Source of the DNA: a virus
Virus record (IMG/VR): IMGVR_UViG_3300025010_000004
Coordinates: 32,001-96,000 of that record
DNA: 64,000 nt
Strand: one strand, 5' to 3'
Part shown: in pieces, positions 28,587-37,628 of the stretch
How positions within the stretch are numbered: position 1 is the first letter of the stretch
How the letters are laid out: every line of letters begins with the position of its first letter
Program-made: the position numbers and the translations under genes
Notes under the pieces: model-generated
Database searches by the model: none
What the model was told of the DNA's origin: nothing
Seen by the model: only the letters and a program-made list of their open reading frames with translations

Positions 28587-29933
28587 TCACTTTAACGCCG
28601 CCTTCATTCTTGCGACGGCCTCTTTCTTTCCAAGGACGTGCATTACATTTACTACAGGAGGCGAAGCTGTTTTACCTGTGAGAGCCATGCGTATTTGCGG
28701 TCCGAGTTCTTTTAGCGTTACGTTATGTTTTTTACAGCCGTGGCTAATGGCCTCTTCTATATCTTCTATAGAATAGGTCTTTTTCTTCTCAAGTATTTCC
28801 ACTATGGAACCTACTGAATGATCGGCCCTTACCGCTTTAGGCTTTTTGTAATACACCTCAGCCATTTCTGCAATCTCAATTAAAGTCTTTGCCCTCGGCT
28901 GCAACAACTTCACAACCTCAATAATATCAGGGCCTTTGTCAGTTTTGTAGTGCATGAACGGCTTGGCTTGTTCCGCTATTCTCTTGGGATCGCCGTTCTT
29001 AATCCAATGCGCGTTAATGTGCAGCATTTTGTTCGGATCAAGACACCCTGGCGCTCTACCTACCGAATTAAGCGAGAACTTTTGTATCAGGTCGTCCATT
29101 GAGAATATTTCTTCATTCTTGTAGCTCCAGCCTACACGGGCAAGCCCATTGACAACAGCCTCCGGAAGAAAACCTTTATCCCTGTAGTCAAGGACAGAAG
29201 CATCACCGTTTCTCTTACTGAGTTTTTCGCCTTTATCATTAAGGATGAACGGGGTGTGGGCATATTCAGGAACCGGAAAGCCAAGCGCCTGATACAGCAT
29301 AGTCTGGGCTGGCACGTTGCCTACTCCGTCAACGCCTCGGACAATATGTGTAACACCCTGTAGGGCATCATCAACCATATTTGCAAGGAGGTATCCTACG
29401 CTTCCGTCCTGCCGTTGGATTACGAAGTCGCTGATCTCGCTGTTCTTCACGCTGATCTTTCCGAGAACATGATCTTTCCATTCTACGCGGCCCTGGTCTT
29501 GGGTCTTAAACCGTATGACGAATGGCTTTCCTTCTTGCTCTGGCTTTTCATAGCAGGTTCTATCGTAGAGGGGCTTTTGCTTGTTCCTCAGCATTTCATC
29601 CCTTTTTGCTGTGAGTTCTTCTGCCGTGCAGTAACACTTGTAGGCTTTTTTCTCTTTCAGGAGTTTATCTACGTATTCCTTGTAGATGTGACCTCGTTCG
29701 CTTTGGTAGATTATTTCTACGTCACTTTTGATGCCAAGCCAGTTGAGCCCTTCTAAAATGTTGTCTGCGAACTCTTGGGTAGATCTTGAAAAATCGGTAT
29801 TCTCAATACGCACGATAAAAGTTCCTTTATGTTGCCTAGCAAAAATATAATTATGCAAACTCTGGCGGGCCATCCCACAGTGCCCTGGGCCGGTGTTAGA
29901 TGGTGCTACGCGGCATACAATAGGTTTAGTCAT
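28587..29933 (-). CDS. gltX: glutamyl-tRNA synthetase, atypical active-site motifs
   Basis: RVAPSNTG..HCG, RIENTD, YQSER, CYC, VDD...THIVRG, KLSKR, anticodon domain IRMALTG; start revised to ATG 29933. Confidence 0.9.
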   Translation of the reverse strand: MTKPIVCRVAPSNTGPGHCGMARQSLHNYIFARQHKGTFIVRIENTDFSRSTQEFADNILEGLNWLGIKSDVEIIYQSERGHIYKEYVDKLLKEKKAYKCYCTAEELTAKRDEMLRNKQKPLYDRTCYEKPEQEGKPFVIRFKTQDQGRVEWKDHVLGKISVKNSEISDFVIQRQDGSVGYLLANMVDDALQGVTHIVRGVDGVGNVPAQTMLYQALGFPVPEYAHTPFILNDKGEKLSKRNGDASVLDYRDKGFLPEAVVNGLARVGWSYKNEEIFSMDDLIQKFSLNSVGRAPGCLDPNKMLHINAHWIKNGDPKRIAEQAKPFMHYKTDKGPDIIEVVKLLQPRAKTLIEIAEMAEVYYKKPKAVRADHSVGSIVEILEKKKTYSIEDIEEAISHGCKKHNVTLKELGPQIRMALTGKTASPPVVNVMHVLGKKEAVARMKAALK

Positions 29934-30068
29934 AATTAAATTCTCCTTTGTGTTAGTTTGTAAGTAGAACATTTTCTACTTTTTAGTTAATAAAAAATGC
30001 TTATATTCGGTATATAATACATATAGGAGCAGTTGGATTCGGCTCAAATAACTTATACTGGAGACGCG

Positions 30069-31325
30069 ATGAACCATTTTTACGTTTACTGCTACACAAA
30101 CCCAACAAAACCTGGAAGGTTCACTTTCCCTAATACAAATCTTTCTTTTCTATATGAACCTTTTTACATCGGTAAAGGTGCTTTAGATAGGATGTATAAT
30201 CATGTTAATGAGTCAATTAAAAAGAAAAATAAAACATGGAAAAATAAAACAATTTTATCTATATTAGAATCTGGGTACAATCCTAAAGACTTTGCATTTA
30301 AGCTGGCTGTACAATTAACAGAGGAGGAGGCATACTCAGTAGAGGAAACGTTAATAGCCACTATCGGCAGGCTGTCTACTAGAAAAGGCCCACTACTTAA
30401 TATACGAACTGGCGGGTTAGGGAGTAGTAATAAAAGTTATTGGAAAACAACTAATAAACTAACCCCAATACAAGAATACGAATGTGTATCTTTATACTTA
30501 AATGGTGAATCTATTAGTACATTATCAGCTAGGTTTGGGTTATTTAAAACCGCCATCCGAGGTATATTACTACGGCACGATGTAACAATAGTACGTAAAC
30601 CCACAGAAAAAAGAAGCAAGACTTTAAGTCTCATCCCAAATATTCTAGAAGACTACGAAAACGGTATGTCATCTATAAAAATAGGACAAAAATACTGTAT
30701 ATCAAAACGCACTGTATTATCAGAGCTTAGGAAAGCAGGAGTAACTATGAAAGAGCCTGCTTTCTATAAGACTATAAAAGATGAAGATGTACCTAATATA
30801 AGAGCCGCCTTTTTACGTGGAGAACGTGTAGAAGCTTTGGCCAAAAAATATAAAGTATCCACTAATACTATAAATAGGGCTATTCGTTATAATGAAGTAG
30901 TAACAGCAACTGGAAAATTAAAAATTAAAACTAACATTACCAGGCATAACCTGCTTAAAAAACTAACCGAAGACCAAGAATATCAACTAGGTCAAGACTA
31001 CATAGCTGGTATGTCATCTAGTGAATTAGCAGCAAAGTATAACGTTTTCTACACAACAGCCCTAGCAATTTTGAAACGACTCAACATACAAACTAGGCCT
31101 AGTTCAACACCAGACAAAACAACAATTGACCTAACACCAGAAGTTATAGAAATGTACCAGTCAGGACTAAGCTCTCTCGATATATTCAGAAAGTTGCCAG
31201 TAAGTCGCAACACAATTTTACGCATTCTTCACAGAAATAATGTACCACTTAGGCAAAGTGGAAAGCAGCCTACTAAGGTTATAGGTAGTAGTGATGCAGA
31301 AGAACTTGATGCTATGATGCAATAG
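30069..31325 (+). mobile_element. free-standing GIY-YIG-like homing endonuclease with tandem HTH repeats
   Basis: FYVY...PFYIGKG..R...H...E..LI...LLN; five Y/F..G.S...LA.KY-like HTH repeats; opposite strand, AT-richer than flanks. Confidence 0.7.
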
Positions 31326-31409
31326 TAATAGCCTGTATTGAAACAGGGAAGGCTAGCCATAAACACAAGCCTTCCCTTCTTCTAACAGTCTACAACGGTA
31401 GTTACATTT

Positions 31410-32075
31410 TTATCCGATCACAACAGCACAGGCGTCCACCGGTACTTCTATTGCTTTTGCAGGCGCAGCACATTTCTTCGATGCAGCGTAAACTTCGTTG
31501 TATTCTTTGACTGCATCTGCGAGCTTCTTGAAAGTGGCCGCAGGAACACGCATGACGTTGTTGTCCGAGCGGTTATCGGTTCCTCGCAGATATAGTTCGT
31601 TATGACCTATGCTGTAAAACGCTGGAGATGTATCGCTCAAAAGCTTGAACCCATTCGAGGCCACAAAATAGTTTGCATTTTCAGAAAAATCTTTTCGAAT
31701 GTGCGTCTGCTCAAGAACCTGAACATCCACAAACTGAAAGTCGGGGCCAACCGGAGTGCCGGAGATCTTGATGTGGCGCGGGTCGAAGGAGAAGAAGGCG
31801 TTGTAGGCTTCGACGGCAGCTTTGATCTTGACGTATGTAGCAACTGGTACGGCTATGGTTCGGTGGTCCAGATCGCGCCGAGTTCCACGTACATACAGAA
31901 GACCCCCATAGAGAGCCAAAGCCCCTTGACTACTAAGAGTGAACCCATCGTGCTTGAATTCCTCACCACAAGTACCGAATTCAGCTCCCCTGTGGCTCTG
32001 CTCAACAATTCCTATCTCTACTGTCTGAAAATCCGGCCCGATAGGTTTCACACTCAGTTTGATACTTTTCTTCAT
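31410..32075 (-). CDS. EQTH-family paralog 13 (two tandem domains, DACAVVIG tail)
   Basis: EQSH...YVRG...AAVEAYN, then RHIK...EQTH...YLRG...AVKEYN, then tail. Confidence 0.88.
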   Translation of the reverse strand: MKKSIKLSVKPIGPDFQTVEIGIVEQSHRGAEFGTCGEEFKHDGFTLSSQGALALYGGLLYVRGTRRDLDHRTIAVPVATYVKIKAAVEAYNAFFSFDPRHIKISGTPVGPDFQFVDVQVLEQTHIRKDFSENANYFVASNGFKLLSDTSPAFYSIGHNELYLRGTDNRSDNNVMRVPAATFKKLADAVKEYNEVYAASKKCAAPAKAIEVPVDACAVVIG

Positions 32076-32133
32076 TTGTTACCTCCTTTGTTGTGGTTGT
32101 GTTGCAAATTGAGAAGTAGAACTTGTTCTACTT

Positions 32134-32409
32134 TCACAGACTTATCAGTATACTCTTGCCGCGTTTGCGAATAGAAACCTCATAATTATCTTCTTTTTCT
32201 TGGGCGGAAATAAGAGAATCTCCATACCATACACAATATTTTTCATCACATTTAGCATCGTCTGGGAGCAGCCATATGGCCAAACGCTCTTCTGAGGTCT
32301 GCAGTTCGCGTAGGGCTTTTTCCAAGTCGGCGCGTACTAATTCCACCCTTTTCTTTGCGGCCAGCCACGTCTTTACAAGTTCTTCACCTTTACTTGTTAG
32401 ATCAGACAT
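32134..32409 (-). CDS. hypothetical protein
   Basis: ORF track, RBS GGAGG. Confidence 0.6.
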   Translation of the reverse strand: MSDLTSKGEELVKTWLAAKKRVELVRADLEKALRELQTSEERLAIWLLPDDAKCDEKYCVWYGDSLISAQEKEDNYEVSIRKRGKSILISL

Positions 32410-32484
32410 TTATTCCTCCAAGCTTGAATTAAGTAGCAACCTCTATTGAAAGCATAAGCCAACGCCGGTGCTTCTAAGAACCTA

Positions 32485-33012
32485 TCACCAGTCGCCTCCG
32501 CCTCCGCCACCTCCGAAATCTCCACCGCCTCCGCCGAAGTCGCTACCGCTGCTACTTCCACTGTCTCCTCCACCGCCGAACATCGAGCCTAGCGCAAATC
32601 CTGCTGCAGCAGCAAGGATAGAGTCGCCTGTTTCGCTGTGGCTGCGTTTGTGTTTACGTGCTTCCTCTTCCTCGCGCTCTTTTCGACGCTGTGTAGGCGA
32701 CTTTGTTTCAGCCGGAGTAGGCCTTGGTGTAGGTGGTTGTTTATACATAGGAGTTGGGTTGGAAAAATTACCAGCAACATACCCGGCTGTAGCAACTCCT
32801 AACGGAGCGTAGTTAGCTCCATTACGCTCGTTGTAGCTCTTTACTTCACTTCGGTAAGCAGCCACCTCAGCTAAGCGCCTTTCTTCGTCCTTCCGGCTCT
32901 GTTCGGCTTTTCTGCGTCTTCGGTTTCGTATAGCCAGAGCTATGGAAAGCCCGACGAAGAACACAAAAGCTACTACGAAAACAAGAATACAAACTCTTGC
33001 AAGTGCATCCAT
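32485..33012 (-). CDS. membrane-anchored protein with Gly-rich GGGDFGGGG..GDW tail
   Basis: N-terminal TM; tail typical of TPM-domain proteins. Confidence 0.75.
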   Translation of the reverse strand: MDALARVCILVFVVAFVFFVGLSIALAIRNRRRRKAEQSRKDEERRLAEVAAYRSEVKSYNERNGANYAPLGVATAGYVAGNFSNPTPMYKQPPTPRPTPAETKSPTQRRKEREEEEARKHKRSHSETGDSILAAAAGFALGSMFGGGGDSGSSSGSDFGGGGGDFGGGGGGGDW

Positions 33013-33027
33013 TTCGCCTTCTCCTTT

Positions 33028-33621
33028 CTATTTAATAGTGTTTAGTACTGCGTCAACGGCATCAACGAACCCTTTGTCGAAGTTGCCTTCCTTAAACGCA
33101 ATGCGCATTTTGTCTCTGACTATCTTACCGGCGGCAATATCGGTTAGCTTCTCTTCCAATCCACGGCCAACCTCAATCCTCATTTTACGATCACCGCGAG
33201 ATGCAAAGATAAGCACACCATCGTCTTTGCCTGACTTGCCCAACTTCCACGTTTCGCATACCGTCATTGTGTACGACTCAATATCAGAGTCGTTCAGGGA
33301 CGGTATCGTAAGAATGGCTATTTGTGGGCCTCCACTTTTTAAGGTAGAGATGAGCAGTCTGTTCAACTGGTTTTTAGCCGAGTCAGAAATCATCCCGGCA
33401 TAGTCATTGACCGGAGCTTTTAGCTCAGGTATTACCGCCTTGTTGACGGGAGTTGTGTCACTGCACCCGGCTGCCATTCCTAAGGCAAAGATAACTAACG
33501 CCAATGCTATTGGGGCTAATGCTTCCTTTAACCTGTACAAGCGATAACTGCAGGAGTACCCTGGCTGCCACACTTCTCGCAACCCACCTAGCCAGTATTG
33601 CAGGCGTTCTTTCATGCACAT
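33028..33621 (-). CDS. TPM-domain (YgcG-like) lipoprotein
   Basis: VNDYAGMIS, WKLGKSGKDDGVLI, RIEVGRGLE; lipobox-like AAGC. Confidence 0.88.
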   Translation of the reverse strand: MCMKERLQYWLGGLREVWQPGYSCSYRLYRLKEALAPIALALVIFALGMAAGCSDTTPVNKAVIPELKAPVNDYAGMISDSAKNQLNRLLISTLKSGGPQIAILTIPSLNDSDIESYTMTVCETWKLGKSGKDDGVLIFASRGDRKMRIEVGRGLEEKLTDIAAGKIVRDKMRIAFKEGNFDKGFVDAVDAVLNTIK

Positions 33622-33626
33622 CTCCT

Positions 33627-34250
33627 TTACGGTTTATTGTTTGATGGAGCTGCGCCACTGAAGCTGACTTTGGGCGCAATCTTCGCTCCCTCGTCAGACT
33701 TGAACGGTGTCTTCTTTTCCAGGTTAAGCAGGAGCGAGTTTGTAATTGAATTTGGGAACGTTCGTATCATGGTGTTGAATTCAGCCACTACTTTGTTGTA
33801 GCGCACACGTTCCGTGTTTATCCGGTTCTCGGTTCCCTCCAATTGGCTTTGCAGATTCATAAAACTTTCATTGGCCTTGAGGTCGGGGTATTTTTCAGTT
33901 ACCATCATAAGCCGAGACAAGGCGGAGCCGATTGTTTGTTGCTGCGCCTGGAACTTGGCCATTTGCGCTGCATCCTGAAGACCTTTAGGATCAAGTTTGA
34001 TTTGACCTACCGAGGCGCGTGCTTGAGCAACCTGTGTAAAGGTTTCTTTTTCGTGGGCAGCGTAGCCCTTTACGACCTCTACGAGGCTGGGGATGAGATC
34101 TGCACGCCGTTGATAAGCAGCCTCAACATCGGCCCACTTGGCAAACACTTGCTCTTCCTTCGCTTGGATGGAGTTGTAGCCGCACCCGCTGTTAATCAAC
34201 ATGAACGCCGCCATTGCCAACATCAGCCCTACTCTTACGAAACTCTTCAT
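33627..34250 (-). CDS. lemA: LemA family protein
   Basis: GYN, QRRADLIP.LV, HEKET, YPDLKAN, LEGTENRI, FP. Confidence 0.95.
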   Translation of the reverse strand: MKSFVRVGLMLAMAAFMLINSGCGYNSIQAKEEQVFAKWADVEAAYQRRADLIPSLVEVVKGYAAHEKETFTQVAQARASVGQIKLDPKGLQDAAQMAKFQAQQQTIGSALSRLMMVTEKYPDLKANESFMNLQSQLEGTENRINTERVRYNKVVAEFNTMIRTFPNSITNSLLLNLEKKTPFKSDEGAKIAPKVSFSGAAPSNNKP

Positions 34251-34298
34251 TTGTTCCTCCTTTGGTGTGATAGTAGAACAAGTTCTACTTGGTTAAGG

Positions 34299-34625
34299 TT
34301 AACGCATGCGATGCATCTCATCAAGGTCAACGTACAGTACGTCGCCTTCGTTACCAAAAAGTCCAAAAATGTTTATTCGTTCTTCTGTTGACACCACCTC
34401 AAGCATGGCCCAGTCATTGCTGTAGGTCGCAGACGCTCCTTGTTCTCTGCTTCTGTTTTTCTCGTCCCTACCCCCGTAATACTGCTTGACTATTACTACT
34501 TCGTCAAGCCCTACATGTGGGTTGTTTTGGTACTTAACGAACTGTGGCACAACAATCGCTAGTATCATACCAACAATTGCTACCACAATAAGCAACTCTA
34601 TCAACGTAAATCCACGCGATTTCAT
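34299..34625 (-). CDS. type IV prepilin-like protein
   Basis: KSRG/FTLIELLIVVAIVGMILAIVVPQF class III signal peptide. Confidence 0.85.
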   Translation of the reverse strand: MKSRGFTLIELLIVVAIVGMILAIVVPQFVKYQNNPHVGLDEVVIVKQYYGGRDEKNRSREQGASATYSNDWAMLEVVSTEERINIFGLFGNEGDVLYVDLDEMHRMR

Positions 34626-34794
34626 TTTACCTCCTTTAACTCATTATTTTGTATCTTCCACCAAAGTTTATGTGCATAGCTGTTATGGGCGGATTAGGCA
34701 AAGGCTTTCCACAAACCACACACTTAGGAATTTTGTAAAGGTTCAATACTTCCGCCGGAATGTACTTGCATATATGCTTAGCAAAAGTCATACG

Positions 34795-34989
34795 TCACCA
34801 GAACTTATGCAAGAAGTGAAACACTACGTAGGGAATGTAGCCTGCCCATAACACACACCCTAACCCAGTGACAGCAGCCGCTATTACTAAGAGTAGTATA
34901 ACAATGTTCCTGTGAGGAAGCACACAAGAGGCTGTTATGACAAGACCAAACGCTATGAACATGTAAAGTATACAAGGATCAACAGACAT
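34795..34989 (-). CDS. small 2-TM membrane protein
   Basis: Two hydrophobic segments. Confidence 0.55.
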   Translation of the reverse strand: MSVDPCILYMFIAFGLVITASCVLPHRNIVILLLVIAAAVTGLGCVLWAGYIPYVVFHFLHKFW

Positions 34990-35001
34990 ATTGGTTTCTC
35001 C

Positions 35002-35577
35002 TTAATCTTCGAGATGTGCCCCGTAGTTCCTGCCGTCTGGAAGAGGTCTAATGGCTGCCTTGTACTTTTGGTATAGAGGGTTTCTCATTAAAAGGTTCTT
35101 ACCGTACATGTCATAAATCTTATCAAATATACCACAACCTACATCATGGGTAGGCCCGGTTCCAGAAACACCACCAGTAAGCATGGCAATGAATATAAGC
35201 TCTTCCTCTGAAAAATATATCTGTGGCTTTGGCTCTTCCTTTGGTTTATCTGAGAAGTGTTCATTGTAGGCTTCGATTGCTGCTTTTACGCGGGGCCAAT
35301 ACCCAAGGGGTATACTAACCTCCATATTATCCCCCCCTTTGTTAGCCCCTCTGGTGTAAAGAGCTATATCAGCTTTACCGTCCATGAACCTTGGAAGCCC
35401 GTCTTTCGTATAGAACTGTGGGTGAGCAGAAGATACAATAGCGCACCCTCCAGAGAAGAATACCCCTACTCCTTGTGTAATAGTATCTCCAAGATCAACT
35501 CCTCGATGAGTCTGTTCCACTATTACGATTTTCATAGTATTTCCTGCCAATTTGCCTACTACTCTTATGTGTTTCAT
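35002..35577 (-). CDS. EQTH-family paralog 14 with extra C-terminal domain
   Basis: Start revised to ATG 35577 (MKHIR...IVEQTH...YTRG...WPRVKAAIEAYNEHF). Confidence 0.8.
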   Translation of the reverse strand: MKHIRVVGKLAGNTMKIVIVEQTHRGVDLGDTITQGVGVFFSGGCAIVSSAHPQFYTKDGLPRFMDGKADIALYTRGANKGGDNMEVSIPLGYWPRVKAAIEAYNEHFSDKPKEEPKPQIYFSEEELIFIAMLTGGVSGTGPTHDVGCGIFDKIYDMYGKNLLMRNPLYQKYKAAIRPLPDGRNYGAHLED

Positions 35578-35594
35578 ACCGGTAAATTCCTCCT

Positions 35595-36017
35595 CTATTG
35601 TGCTTCGTTTTTGTCGTAGATAGCGGCATACAAGGGTATATTGGCCGTGCAGCACTGTGAGTTGTAGGCTGCCAAATCGTAGCCTACAACTGCGAACGCC
35701 TTGTACATCATTATCCATAGCTTGAGTTCGGCTATCCTTTTGCGGACTGCCTTGCCGAACACGTAGAAGCGGATGGTGCGTATGATTGGGAGGCGCAGAA
35801 TAGCATATTCTGCTACTGTTGGTAGTCCTTCGTATCTATTACATCTATGCCCTTTTATACTTATCCACGGGCAGGAGTCGCACTTAAGATTACTTACTTT
35901 GCACAAAGAACAACCCGTATAGGTCGTCTTGTGCGTGTATTTACGATACTCCACTATAAGCTGTTCCATAGCCTTGATATTCTCTTTGACGTTTACCGGG
36001 GCCTTAAGCAGTCGCAT
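35595..36017 (-). CDS. hypothetical Cys-containing protein
   Basis: ORF track; CSLC...CDSCP. Confidence 0.55.
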   Translation of the reverse strand: MRLLKAPVNVKENIKAMEQLIVEYRKYTHKTTYTGCSLCKVSNLKCDSCPWISIKGHRCNRYEGLPTVAEYAILRLPIIRTIRFYVFGKAVRKRIAELKLWIMMYKAFAVVGYDLAAYNSQCCTANIPLYAAIYDKNEAQ

Positions 36018-37380
36018 TTTTGATTTCTCCTTTTTCTATGAGGGTTTTAGTGTATAACAGCCCGTCTTCCCTTGTCAAGAACTTTTCTTCCATTTGGTCT
36101 TCATACAGCCGTTGGAGGATAGCGCCGAAATGTTTTCCAGGCTCCATGCCCATATCAATAAGGTCTCGGCCAAGAATAATCGGGGTGACTTGTGATTTTA
36201 TTTCCTCGAACACGCGCATGACCTCAGAAATCCTAGCTGAGTTTTCAGGCTCATATTCAGCGGCTACAACACCACCACGTCCAAGCCTATCCGCCTTGTG
36301 CAATTTTACTAGCTTATACATGTCAACCGAGGCGGCCAACTTGCGCACAGCCTTACGGCTCACCCCTGCTTTCTTAAAATCGTAAGGCCTCATGTGATGC
36401 TTAATGAGATTTATAGCGGATTCAGTAAGTCCTATCTCATTTGTTAGCCGAGCGATAGCCTTTTCAGCCAAAGAAGTCTCTTCCGCGTGACCTTTGAAAT
36501 GAATCTTACCGCTGTCTTCTGTGTTGACCTCATTAGGAACAAGCCCCTTCCCTAAATCATGAAATAAGAGGGCCAGCATAATATCCAATTCCCTGTCAAT
36601 AACAGGAATGGCATCTATTGCCATAAGGGTGTGATTATACACGGAACCTTCTGGATGATACGTGCTTCCTTGTTCAATTTTCTTGGTAGCGACCAGCTCA
36701 GGAAACAGTACATCGAGAATGTCCATAGCCTCAAGCGTCTTGAAGAAAACGGATGGAAGAGGAGCGTTCATTAGAACTCGCACCACTTCATTAAACACTC
36801 GTTCCTGAGGCAGAGCTTTAACTTTAATTGGGCCGTGTACTTTGCATAGCGCCATTGTTTGAGCTTCTATGTTCATGAACGGGTAAATAGCCTTGAACCT
36901 CGCTACTCTCAATATACGCAAAGGGTCTTCCATGAATGTGCCAACATTCACGTGCTTTATGCGCAAGATACGAAGGTCAGGTATCCCATTAAACGGGTCT
37001 TCGAACTTACCCGTCAACGGATCGAGGTAAATAGCGTTCATCGTCAAGTCCCTACGAACCGCTGCCAAGCTCAACGGCAGCTCTTCGCGTATCCTAGCGG
37101 TTAGATCACGGTGTCCTTCGCCAGTTTGCTCATCAAGCCTCGGCAGGCTAACGTCAATATCTTTGACTTTGTAAACTCCGTATTGCTTGCCTACGTAGTT
37201 GACCTCACCGAAAGTTTCGAGAACTGCTTCGAGCTTCTCGGCTGAGAGGTTGAAAACTTCAATGTCTATGTCGGTGGAAGGTATGCCTAGGAGTAAATTT
37301 CTTACGTGGCCTCCTGTATAAAAAACTGAACCTCCCGCCTTGTGAATTGCCAACGATAGTTCAAGCGCAAACTTTTGCAT
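36004..37380 (-). CDS. cca: CCA-adding tRNA nucleotidyltransferase with HD domain
   Basis: GGHVRN...DIDIE, RRDLTMNA, EDPLRILR, ERV..E, HPEG...HT, LFHDLGK. Confidence 0.92.
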   Translation of the reverse strand: MQKFALELSLAIHKAGGSVFYTGGHVRNLLLGIPSTDIDIEVFNLSAEKLEAVLETFGEVNYVGKQYGVYKVKDIDVSLPRLDEQTGEGHRDLTARIREELPLSLAAVRRDLTMNAIYLDPLTGKFEDPFNGIPDLRILRIKHVNVGTFMEDPLRILRVARFKAIYPFMNIEAQTMALCKVHGPIKVKALPQERVFNEVVRVLMNAPLPSVFFKTLEAMDILDVLFPELVATKKIEQGSTYHPEGSVYNHTLMAIDAIPVIDRELDIMLALLFHDLGKGLVPNEVNTEDSGKIHFKGHAEETSLAEKAIARLTNEIGLTESAINLIKHHMRPYDFKKAGVSRKAVRKLAASVDMYKLVKLHKADRLGRGGVVAAEYEPENSARISEVMRVFEEIKSQVTPIILGRDLIDMGMEPGKHFGAILQRLYEDQMEEKFLTREDGLLYTKTLIEKGEIKNATA

Positions 37381-37628
37381 CTTCTTTCTCCTTATGGTAG
37401 AATATGTTCTACTTGTGCTTCTGTCCTTAGTATCACATGCAAGATTACGTGTGCAATGTTATAAGTAAACTAAAGACCCTGCCTCTAATTTGCCAGTAAA
37501 CTGGCGTTTCGAGTTCTCGACTAAGTTTAATTTATCCTTAGAACACCTTTATCTCTTGCATGTGAGACTAAAAACAGAAGCTAGTTCTGTTTTTAGTTTT
37601 ACGGATCAAATCAAGCCGCTATCTGGTA

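Noticed and set aside
35578-35718. N-terminal extension of the 238-aa ORF
   Set aside because: It overlaps the upstream gene; the family start MKHIR with a GAGGAGG RBS is at 35577.
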